DNA of 64,000 bases, taken from Torpedo marmorata. Its lineage: Eukaryota. The notes below the pieces were generated by a model. It did no database searches. It was not told the origin of the DNA and was given only the letters and a program-made list of their open reading frames with translations. Where the stretch lies: NCBI GenBank assembly GCA_977017645.1, contig OZ360221.1:192696001-192760000 (forward strand), in the 5' to 3' direction. Below are positions 13,980 to 25,000 of this stretch, in pieces (the stretch's first letter is position 1; each line of letters opens with the position of its first letter). A program made the translations under genes and the position numbers.

Positions 13980-14510
13980 CATCCCATTATAGAATACATT
14001 CTGCATCCACAGAAAGAGCATAATGAAGTTCCAATAATTAAACCGCAAAAATTACTCTTGTAAAAATGATGAAACACTCAAAAAGTGGCAGTTATTTTTC
14101 CATTGATGGTTAGAGAATGTTCTGAGAGAGGTTTTCAAAATATAGAGATTTTTATAATGCAGAGAATGAAGCAATGTTCAGTAAATTAGTATATTAATAT
14201 ACAAGCTCTAAAGAATTGAGAAGGATCTCTTTTATGAACAGGTGTTCCCATGAGTTGTCAGTGATGCATACTCTATGAAATTATTTGAAGCAAAATTGGA
14301 ATAAGATTTTGAAAGAGATTGTAAAATTTGAGACAGGATAGAGCATTGGAAATTAATGGAAATAAAGCAAATCTGATTTAATAGTTGGTACTGGCAACAG
14401 GGCTATAAATCCTTCTTGTAAGTTTGAGAGTTTTACACTGAACACTCAGAGCTGTCATCATGGTAAAACACAAGTATAGTCAGTGATTCTGGATTTATTA
14501 CACAGATGCG

Positions 14511-14765
14511 ACACGTGGCGGTTAGCACAATGCCAGCAATCGGGACCAGGGTTCGAATCCCGCGGTATCTGTAAGGAGTTTGTACATTCTCCCCGTGTCT
14601 GTGTGGGTTTTCCCCGGGGACTCCGGTTTCCTCCCACCATTTGAAACGTACTGGGAATATAGGTTAATTGGGTGTAAATTGGGCGGCACGGACTCGTGGG
14701 CTGAAATGGCCTGTTACCATGCTGTTTGTCTTCATTTAAAAAAAATTAAATTTAAATTTAAAATA
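14511..14765 (+). mobile_element. tRNA-derived SINE (V-SINE-like)
   Basis: B-box gttcgaatcc, conserved core ttctccccgtgtctgtgtgggttttcc, tail tggcctgttac. Confidence 0.8.
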
Positions 14766-15149
14766 TTTAAAAATCAAGGCAGTATCACATGCATCTTAGA
14801 ACTTGACACAATACAAAATGAGTGTTCTTTCTTTGACATCCTATTTCTTGAAAAATATTTTATGTCTCACCACAATGAGTAAACCAGAGATAAGAGTGAG
14901 AAGGAATGAAAGGTTAACCTGGTTATCCACTTTCCAGCTACTAATGGATAGCAATATGTAACTAACAATAGAAGTAAGAAATGAAGAACTAAAGTAAATT
15001 GTGTACCTAATCCAGTCACAGCAAGCCAAGACCATTTGTTATCTTAAAAAAAACATTATTTTAACCTTATTAGATTTTGAGGTTTTACTCTTTGTGAAAC
15101 TTTTCCTCAAAAGTTGTCCAGTTACATGATTGGCCAGCTGTAAAGGGGT

Positions 15150-15378
15150 TTGATGCTGGATGCTGGAATTCCTTATTCCATTTGATCCATTCAGGCTCAC
15201 TTAACCTTCCAACTTGCATGTTTTTGGGATGTGGGAGGTAAACAAAGTACCCGGGGAAATCCATGCAGTCACAGGGAGAACTTGCAAACTCCACATAGAC
15301 AAAACCAAGGTGAGGGTTGAACCCAGGACATTTGAACTGTGAGGTAGTCGCTCAACTAGCTGCACCACTATGCCATCC
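15150..15378 (-). mobile_element. Degenerate tRNA-derived SINE
   Basis: Reverse complement contains ggttcaaccc and ggagtttgcaagttctccctgtgactgcatgg core. Confidence 0.65.
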
Positions 15379-15614
15379 CACTGGATGAAATCAATTTCTC
15401 ATGCCACCGTGAAGATGTAACCCAGAGCAACCCGAAGTTTGGTGGTAAGAGAGCAGTTAGACAGATCCAGTTTTGCATATGTTTTATTCAAATGAAATAA
15501 ACTAGCAACAGTTGTGTTGCTGCTGACACTTCGGTAGAAAAGAAGAAACCAAACAGTCACTGATATCACGAAGAAACAATTATTTTTCATTATTAAAATG
15601 TTATTTTAATGTTT

Positions 15615-16710
15615 TTCTCGCAGCGGCTCCTCCGGGCATTTGCACGTTGTATGTTAAGCTGAGAGCCGTGCACAATCGACAAGCAGGAGGATTGGACAAA
15701 TGGAGCGTCGGGGATCATCTAGAACCCAACAACAGCACCGGGGTCCCTCTGGGTGAGGTCCCCGGGCACTGCTGACGGACCGGCCCACCATTGCAGTAGC
15801 AGGCCTCCAGTCCTCGGTGTCGAGTGATGTCGGCGGCCGGGGTGAGGATGCGGTGTGAGGTGCGGGCGGCAGAGGACGGGTTCAGAAGACGGTGGCAGAA
15901 CGACCAGTTTGGAGCTCGGATGGACTGGAGTTGGGACCCTTTCCACACAGGTACTCATGGAGAGCTGCAGCTGAGAGGACTGGAGAACGTTGCGGAGACC
16001 AACAGAGGAGTACGATGGCGAGGTCGGCCGGGGCGGACGACGGGACTACCGGTTGTAGCAGGCACTTCGGAGTGCGGTGTTGGAGGGAGACGGCGATGAC
16101 GTTGCGGCCATGGACACAGTGTGGGGTCTCTCCCTTTCTGGACAATGGTGCAGGGACACTGAACTCTGCGGAACTCTGGGGTTAAATGGACTGGGTGGCG
16201 AGTCTGTGCTGAAAGTAGTGGACGTTTCACATCTTGCCTACTACTATGTTGTTGCGGTATCGAGGCTATTGTCTGGTCCTACTGATTGCTGTATTATAGT
16301 CACTGTGCAGTAACGAGGGGGATTATTTGTGAATTTGGTGTCTTTTGTGAATTTTGTGTTGTTCAGTGTGTCCTTACTGCAAGTGTGCTTAAGATGGCGG
16401 TGCGTAGATCATGGCGGCTTCTTGGGCAGATAAGTGGTCTGGACTTGGTTTTATGTTCTGTCTGGTGTTCATGCTTGCTGCTTGCTTGCTTGGGGTGGCG
16501 GCACGTTAAATTCGCAGCGGCTTCCTTGATAGGCTGAGTGGTGAGCAGGGGCTGTCTTGGTCAGTCTTGTTTTGTCTTGTCTGTCAGAGGCATTGTCTTG
16601 GCCTTGTCTTGTTATTTATGGGCACTGTTTGGAGAATCTTCTTTTCGTTTTATGCTATGTAATGTAATGTGAAATAACAATAAATTGATTCTGATTCTGA
16701 TTCTGATTAC
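15615..16710 (+). mobile_element. GC/CpG-rich putative non-autonomous retroelement with Rex1-like (attctg)n tail
   Basis: Sharp GC-rich island ending in caataaattgattctgattctgattctgatt; no recognisable protein. Confidence 0.55.
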
Positions 16711-17771
16711 ATTCAAAAATCGGTGGGAAGGAATGGCTCTGTGTCAACATGATTCCAAAATATTTATACAGATTTATTTTATATAATATATATTTTGTAT
16801 ATATGTGTTATTATGTGTTATGTATTATGTGTGTGTCTGGTTGTATATGTACTGTCAAAAAAGAGTAAACTTGAATTTGATCATCAGATTATTGTTATTT
16901 TTTGGTGCCCAAGTTTGTTATTGTCATTGAAATGGATACATTTACAGAGACGCCATCTTTTTACTGATGAACCACCAGTAATTTTGTTTCTGAGTTGATC
17001 AGAGCTGTATTTTTGTTATTGTTAAAGGTATATATAACAGCAATAGTACTTTCATAAGTACATTCAAGCTAAATTAATTAATGTGTTTATAAAAATTGCA
17101 TTACAAATAGTTCTTAGAAATGTTTTAACTGCAGGAATGAGGAAGAGTAGCATCTGATATTAATGGCCCCAACATTAATGTTACAAGTTAATACGTGCAT
17201 ATTATAGAGTAAGTTCTTTCAAATCTGACATACTGCTCTGTAGTTAAGGATAAGGACAAGCAAATTATCAGAATATAATTATGATTTATATTCTTAATTG
17301 GAATTTCAAATGGAAGTAAATTGTTGAAGTGTACACAAATTAATTAAAAGTGACGCCAAAACGAGCTTGTACTTTGCTTGGAAATAAAGGACAGTTACTT
17401 ACTTAATTTGAAGGCAAAACACTGAATCTGTTTGTAACACCACAATGAAAATATATGATCAATAGCTTCACCTAGTGGTGATGTCTGGACATGAACCTCT
17501 ATATTAATAGATTAATGTCCATAAACATATTGTATATTTGTTTGGTTGTTTTGAATAATATTCAATTATTTGTTATCTTTATTTCAGTTCCTCTGCTTTC
17601 TCCCTGAAGAATTTGAGTTGCTTTAAAACTTGCAACTGACTGTACAATTTATTAGTTATTTTTTTAACCAAAACTCTGTTTGCAGCTTTAAAAAATTGTT
17701 TACTGCACTTTTGATGTGTACTTGCAAAAGCCTGAATAAAGTACAGAAACCTTATAACATCACTGCTATTG

Positions 17772-18492
17772 TCATAGAATCATAGAGAATGCAGCATAGA
17801 ACAGGCCCTTTGGCCTCACCAGTCCATGCCAACCAATATGGTGTTTTGAGCTAATCCCCTTTGCCTGCACTTGGTCCGTATCCCTCCAAGCCCCTCTTGT
17901 CCGTAAACCTTTCCAGGTGTATTTTGAACGTTGTCATTATGCCCATTTCTATAGTTTCCTCTGGCTGCTCATTCCAGATATGGACCACCCTCTGAGTGAA
18001 AAAAATGCCTCCAAGTTCCCTCCTAAATCTTTTCTCCCTCACGTTAAACTCTTAGTTCTAGAATCATCTATCCTGGAGAGAAAGACTGTGAGTGTACACT
18101 TTATCCATGCCTCATGATTCTATAAATCTTTGCTAGATCACCGCTTAGCACCCTTCACACAAGGGAATAAAGACCCAGGCTTTCCAACCTCACTCCATAA
18201 ATGGTAGCATCCTCTGCACCCATTCCAATTTATTGATGGCCTTCCTAGAGCTGGATGACCAGAACGTACACAGTTCTCCTAATGTGGTTTCACTCAACTT
18301 TTGTATTCTGTACCCTGCCCAAAAACCATATACCATGGCCACCTGAGTTGCCACTTTCAAGGAACTATACTTGTATACCCATGGGTCTCCCTGTACTGCA
18401 ACACTCTCAAGGGCCCTGCCATTCACCGTGTATGTCCTGTCCTGGTTTCACTTACCAAATTGCAACACCTCACACTTGTCAGAGTTAAATTT
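17772..18492 (-). mobile_element. CR1 LINE 3' fragment
   Basis: catagaatcatag tail; FFTQRVV..WN and MNGRALESV..LKVATQV motifs. Confidence 0.8.
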
Positions 18493-18954
18493 ACAATAAT
18501 TCATTAAAGAAAAATCATTGTTACCAAAATCTTTGTAAATCATGCAACCTGCTCAGTTTCTCCAAAAGATTTTCTTCTTTTACAAACCATGCAACCCCTT
18601 GGGGTAAAAGGTGTACACTGCCCATCAAAGAACTACAATAAAGGAATCAATGCTGGTTTTGGGTGACACTCCACCTGGCATCAAAGTACAATCACCACAA
18701 GGTCCAAAACAACATATACCATGTCACGGTTTGGTTGGTGTATCGGTGAGAACAACGCCTTTACAGCACCAGCAATCGGGAACGGGGTTCGAATCCACGC
18801 TGTCTATAAGGAGTTTGTACGTTCTCCCCGTGTCTGCGTGCGTTTTCCCCGGTAGCTATGGTTTCCTCCCACCATTCGAAACATACCGGGGGTGTAGGTT
18901 AATTGGGTGTACATTGGGCGGCACGGACACGTGGGCCAAATGGCCTGTTACTGT

Positions 18955-20452
18955 AAAAAACACAAATGCTGGAGAAACTCAGCAGGTCAAACAGTGTCTT
19001 TTATGCAGCAAAGGTAGAAATACATAACCGACGTTTCGAGCTTGAGCCCTTAATCAAAGTATGAGAAAATGCCGGCAGGCGTCCGAACAAAAGAGTGAGG
19101 GGGGAAGGGGGGGTGGCAAAGGCAGGAGATGATAGGTGGAGAAAGGAGGGAGGGGACAGCAGCAAAGAGGGGGAGGAGGGATGGCTGGGTGGGCGGAAAA
19201 TAACTGGAAGGACAGGTAAGGGGGGAGGGGAAGGAAAAGACAAGCAGGTTTAGTGGAAAGCAGAAAAGTCAATGTTAATGCCATCTGGCTGGAGAGTGCC
19301 CAGACGGAAAATAAGACGTTGTTCCTCCAATTTGCGGGCAGAGAAATGTCCGTCTCCGCCGCATCTGTTCCCAAGATGAGGTCTTCCAGTCCAGATCTTC
19401 TGAAATGTCTGCCTTCTTCCACAAACGTGGCTTCCCCTCCACCACCATCAACTCAGCCCTCACCTGCAACTCCTCCATTTCCCGCTCATCTGCCCTGGCC
19501 CCCTCTGCCCCCAGATGCAACAAACATAGAATCCCCCTCATCCTCACCTACCACCCCACCAGCCTCCGCATCCAACACATTATCCGCCGGAATTTCCGGC
19601 ACTTACTACAGGATCCCACCACCAAACACATTTTTCCTTCTCCTCCGATCCCTCCGCGATTCCCTCGTGCACTCATCCCTCCCCACCCATCGCACCCCCG
19701 GCACCTTCCCCTGTGCCCGCAGGAGGTGCAACTCCTGCGCCCACACCTCCCCCCTCACCACGGTCCGGGGCCCCAAACAGGCCTTTCAAGTGAAGCTGCA
19801 CTTCACTTGTACATCCAGAGAACTTATTTACTGCATCCGGTGCTCCCTTCGTGGCATTCTCTACATCGGAGAGACCGGTCGTAGATTGGGAGATTGCTTC
19901 GCTGAGCACCTCCTCTCCGTCCGCAACAACAGCGACCTCCCAGTAGCCAACCATTTCAATTCCGAGTCACACTCCCACACTCACATGTCTGTCCATGGCC
20001 TTATGTACTATCCCACCCAGCCTACCCGCAAATTGGAGGAACAACATCTCATTTTCCGTCTGGGCACTCTACAGCCAGATGGCATTAACATTGACTTTTC
20101 TCTTTTCCACTAAACCTGCTTGCCTTTTCCTTCCCCTCCTCCCTTACCTGTCCTTCCAGTTTTTTCCACCCACCCAGCCATCCCTCCTCCCCCTCTTTGC
20201 TGCTGTCCCCTCCTTCCTTTCTCCACCTATCTTCTCCTGCCTTTGCCGCCCCCCCCTTCCCCTCCCCCTCACTCTTTTGTTCGGACACCTGCCAGCATTT
20301 TCTCATACTTTGATGAAGGGCTCAAGCCTGAAACGTCGGTTATGTATTTCTACCTTTGCTACATAAAAGACATTGTTTGACCTGCTGAGTTTCTCCAGCA
20401 TTTGTCTTTTTTACATCAACTACGGTGTCTACAGATTTTTGTGATTTACTTT
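18955..20452 (+). mobile_element. Penelope-like element, 5'-truncated, with GIY-YIG endonuclease, inverted terminal segment and 14-bp TSD
   Basis: LIYCIRC..LYIGETGRRL..EH..VANHF..E..LIFRLGTLQPDGINIDF. 18955-19340 is an inverted copy of about 20030-20413. TSD tggcctgttactgt at 18941-18954 and 20453-20466. Confidence 0.9.
20309..20345 (+). ncRNA. Minimal hammerhead-ribozyme-like motif in the Penelope terminal repeat
   Basis: (T)TGATGA-agggctcaagcct-GAAA-cgtc; Penelope elements are known to carry minimal hammerheads. Confidence 0.55.
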
Positions 20453-20699
20453 TGGCCTGTTACTGTGCTGTATGTCTAAATTTAAACGTGTAAAGAAGCA
20501 AAGGGCTTGCTCACTGAGGACATACAAAGACCTTGAGTAGAGAAGATTGGGGCTGCGTCAGTGTTCAGATTTAGCATTCTGCCATGGTCTGAAATGCACT
20601 GAGTTGGGGACAGTGTTGTCCTGAGGTGGGGGATGGTAATTAACAGAGGTGAATGGGAATGGGTTGCAGATACAATTTACAGATGGGGGTCAAACAGAG

Positions 20700-20962
20700 G
20701 TGGAATGGTTCATAACCCACCATGTCAGTTGATGAATTTAAATTCACTCTAGACTACAACATTAATGTCAGCAATGGCATATGTAAAACTACTTGATTGG
20801 TTCATGCCCTTTGATGCATTTTGGTTTTATGTGAGTCCAGGTCCACAGTGATGTTGCTGGCTCTAAGCTGCACTTTAAAATTGACGAGAAAGCTACTTTA
20901 GGGTAACTTGAGGTGGGCAATAAATGTTGTTCTACAAAGTGGCATCCAAGTCCTGTAGATGA
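20700..20962 (+). repeat. Old degenerate interspersed repeat (SINE-like); related copy at about 39170-39500
   Basis: Shared 'ccaccatg.cag.tg..gaatttaaattca' and similar downstream sequence. Confidence 0.45.
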
Positions 20963-20970
20963 AATACAAG

Positions 20971-21602
20971 TATAAATAACGGTGACTTCGCTCCACCAAT
21001 AGTCACCTGGAGGCTAAGTGTGGTCCTTGCTTTTGACGCGTTTTAATTAATTTACTAACAAAGTCCAATATGTTCAAAACCTTTATTTTCACACATGACT
21101 TGCAGTAATCTTCAATGACTTTAATATAAACAGTTCTTGTAAACGATGTATGATGAGTTCCTTTAAATAGTTCTTTAAACAATTCCAAAACGATATGAAA
21201 CACTGTAGATGATGTTAAAGTTATAAAAACATTATAAAACGATATAAAACGGTCAATAAAGATGTGGAGACCTCACTCACCCTCCATACATCTCTATCCT
21301 TTCTTTGTTCTCTCTCTCTAATGGCTCTGCGCATCCTACCCCGCGCATACTACAACTCCCAGCCTCCCACGCGCACAATGACGTCACTCCATACTGCGCA
21401 TGCGCCCGTCGGCACTCCCGCGCATGCGCATATCAAAGAACGGGCCGACGACGGCCCACAGAACAACGCAAGCGCTCCAAGGCCCGACGTGGCCTCGGAG
21501 CGCTCCGAGGACGGCCTGGTGAACAACGCGAGCGCTCCAAGGCCCGACTAGACATCGGAGCGCCGCAACAACGGTAAGTTAAACGAGCCTACGGCTCTTA
21601 CA
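20971..21602 (-). repeat. 3' LTR
   Basis: Direct repeat of 26281-26912; one substitution noticed by eye (gcgcacaatg vs gcacacaatg). Confidence 0.95.
21379..21430. promoter_or_regulatory. LTR motif cluster: CRE (TGACGTCA) and two NRF1-like GCGCATGCGC sites; also in the 5' LTR at about 26689-26740
   Basis: tgacgtca 21379-21386, tgcgcatgcgc about 21395-21405, gcgcatgcgca about 21420-21430. Confidence 0.55.
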
Positions 21603-21819
21603 CCGGCCCCTAATTATTATAATTAGACGTAATGTCTTGAATAATAATTACACTATAAATTATAAATAACAATAACCATAATATTCAAAACAATACAAAT
21701 CTTCTTTCTTCCTTCTTCATAAATCTAGAGTTTACCATAACTCTGATTCAACAAAAGTCTGTAACCTGTGAAATATACAACAACAAATAAAGCCAGATCA
21801 CATTTATCAAAGTTCCTCT

Positions 21820-21990
21820 GTCTCCAACAAAAGGCAGACCTTATTAATAGGTCTGTTTAGAAAACCAGTCTTAGTTTTAATTCGCACTTGACGCACAAGT
21901 CCTCTTTGTCTTGAAAAGTCTCAATAATCTTTTCCAAGTAACCAGGAATTTCTTGAAGTTGAACCATCCATAACAATCACAATGTCTCTT
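21820..21990 (-). pseudogene. BEL/Pao integrase C-terminal (DUF5641-like) remnant
   Basis: DIVIVMDGSTSRNSWLLGKIIETFQDK / GLVRQVRIKTKTGFLNRPINKVCLLLE, frameshifted, downstream of the long ORF stop. Confidence 0.8.
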
Positions 21991-22026
21991 TAAAGTTCTT
22001 CCATCTTCACAATCCGAGTCAAAACG

Positions 22027-25000
22027 TCAACCAGTAAACCTCAAATCCTCCTCAGACAAAATAGATACAGTTTTTCTTTTGAATTTAACATGAGGCACTT
22101 CTTCAGCATGTCGTTTCACTTTATTCCTTTCTTCAGTATTCCACTTCTCATGTGAAGAATTTAAACTCTTAGAATTAGAATTTGAATATTTATCTGATCC
22201 TTTCGATTTTAAACAGGTCTGTTTAACCACTCTGGTTTCTATTGCTCTTTCCTGCAATTCTAAATCCAATTTTGCAACTTTCAATTCAGTCTCAGCTCCT
22301 TCCGAGAAATTAATAATTTGATCTGAAGTCAAAATATCATGTGATACATGGATATTTCCATTGTCAATCCTGTTGCGGCAAACTTGAAATTTTTTAATTT
22401 CTTCATCTTGTTTGTTACATTTCTGCAATGCAATATCACATTCTTTCTGCATTGTTAATTGTTGAACATTCAATTTACATTCTTGATTGGTTTTTAAAGT
22501 CAACTGTTTTGAGTTATTAAACAATAACTTGTTCTCTTTTAAAACATTAATCTCTTCCTCCAACCTTTTACATTTTGATAATGCTGAATCTCTTTCCTCA
22601 ATAACTGTATTCATTTCTTCAGCAGTTATTCTTTTCTTCCGCTTTCTGACTTTGCGAGTTTTACTTACAATTAAATCTCTTTGTTTACTGTTTTCTTGAT
22701 TATATAATATTTCCAATTCCCCTTTCAACATTTTGTTCTCTGAATTCAATTGCATTAAATTATCATTCACATTATTCTTTATTCCATCAGCACAATTTTC
22801 TGTGTTTTTCAGTTTTACATCACATTGCAATATTTTTTCATTAGCTTTGTCTGTTGTATTCTCTGAACTACAAAATCTACATTCAGATTTGTTTTCAGTC
22901 ACTTGTTTAATTCCTGTATTTGATTCAATTACACATGAATGATCAATAGTATTATTTGCAACATCTTCTAATACCTCACTTTCATCCTTTTCTGACGAAA
23001 TTAATTCCTTCAATGTTGTTTTAAATACCATTGATTTATTTTCACATTGACCTGTTTTCTTTTCTTCAAAAGTGATTTTCTTATTCACGGTTTTTTGCTC
23101 TTCGCTTAACTCTTCAACTTTCTCAACCGAAATTTTATTAATATTTATCGCTACCTGTTCCTGAGCAATATCATTATTTCTTTCCATTGGTCCATTGATT
23201 GCCCAACCAAGCATGGTTCTAATAGCGTAAGGTCCATTCCTTTTACTTTCTATTACTTCTTTTGGTTCCAAAACCTTTGGCACATCTGAACCAATCAGCA
23301 TTTCTATCTCAGAATTAATTTCAGGTAAATAAACTTTCCACAGATAAGCTAAATGATGGATATTCCTTTGATGAGGAATATTTCCTTCATTCACAGGCAT
23401 AGTCTTCTGAGTATATACACTTGGAAGATCACAAAATTTTTTGTCATCCAATCCAGCAACCTCTAAGCCTGAAACAATGTTAGTTTCAACAACCTTTTCT
23501 TGTCCCATGGTTTTTAACATAATTCTTGATCTTTTTCCTTGAATATTAAGCTTATTCATTAGTCCTTCCGTGCAAAAAGATGCAGTGCTGCCTGGGTCTA
23601 GAAATGCATATGTTTTTACTATTGCATCCCCTTTCTTGGCCTTGACTTGTACAGGCACTATTGAAAGTTTGCAGTTATTCACCCCGGCCCCAGTAAGACC
23701 ACTTGTCTGAACCGAGGTTATAACATTATTTTCTGTTGTTTCCTTTGTTTCTGTTTGCTCCTTTTCCAATTCCTTGTTTCTGTTATGGATATGCAAAATT
23801 CTAGGATGTTTTAAATTGCATATGTTACAATTAATTCGCTTCTCGCAGTTTTTACTGATGTGCCCTTTACACAGACAGCTAAAACATATTCCATTTTCCT
23901 TTAAGAAAGCGATCTTTTCCTTATGTTCCTTCTTTTCCAATCGTAAACACATTTCCAAAGCATGTCCACCTTTACAGAACAAACAACTCTTTTCATTAGG
24001 CAAACTTTCCTTTTCCTTATTTACTTTGTCATTTTCTTTACTTATAACTTGCACATTAGTAGCAAAAGTACTCCTTTTTAATTTCGGACTAGACTGTGAA
24101 TTAGACTTCCTTACATCTTTGCTCATTGAATTATCTCTGGTATTTCCATATAGTGGATCTGTTTCAACGTACACTTGTCGTTCAAGAAAATTTACCAAAT
24201 CCTTTAAGGTAATTTTTCGACCGTAATTTACTTGTAAATCACAAGCCAAATTTCTCCATCTATCCCATACCTTGTAAGGTAATTTTTCTAAAATGATTCG
24301 CATATTACTATGCACATCAAGCTCACGAATACTATAGATTTCTTCCATAGCATTACAACATCCTCTTAAAAACAGAGTAAACTCTTGCAGAGCCTTTACA
24401 TCATTTTGTTTTATTGATGTCCATTTAAGAGCTTTATCCATATAAGCTAAAGCAATTCGATGCTTGTTGCCAAAATATTGTTCCAATAAAGCCTTAGCTT
24501 TGTCTAATCCTCTTCCTGAAGACATTTGTTTACAACTTTTTACCAGTTCTTTTGGATGTCCCTTTGTGAACATTTCCAAATAATAAAGACATTCATCACG
24601 ATCTTGACATTTATCTTCAATATTGCGTTTGAAAGATCTCATAAATGATTGATATTGAAGTGGATCACCATCAAAAGTTTGTATCTCTTTCTTGGGTAAA
24701 GAAGAGAGAGACTGTAACTGAAACAATGATGCAGCAATTTCATTTTGTCTTTCCTTGGATGACAATACATTGCTCTGTTCACTGTCTCTTGTTGCATGCA
24801 ATGTATCTGGAAACCTCACTGGTGTAGTTTCTTCCATATTTCTGATGCTTGACTCATATAACAAAGAAGCTGCTTCGTTCGACCGAACCCAAGCTGCAGC
24901 TTTGCTTTCAGATGTTACTATTGGTACATGTGACTCGATACCAATATGCTCTTGAAAGGTTTGTGCTTGTATATGTAAGTTTTGTATCCTTGGTTCTAAA

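Larger units (their letters stand above)
18727..20485 (+). mobile_element. tRNA-derived SINE split by a Penelope insertion
   Basis: B-box gttcgaatcc at about 18787, SINE core, 3' end resumes at 20453. Confidence 0.8.

Noticed and set aside
14511-14580. tRNA gene
   Set aside because: B-box present but no full cloverleaf; it continues into a SINE core repeated elsewhere in the window.
15399-15532. Possible minus-strand terminal exon (VSSNTTVASLFHL...)
   Set aside because: Acceptor-like tract only, no recognisable protein, and on the opposite strand to the other candidates.
21003-21577. Short ORFs duplicated at 26313-26887
   Set aside because: They lie in the LTRs; the duplication reflects the LTR repeat, with no protein motifs.
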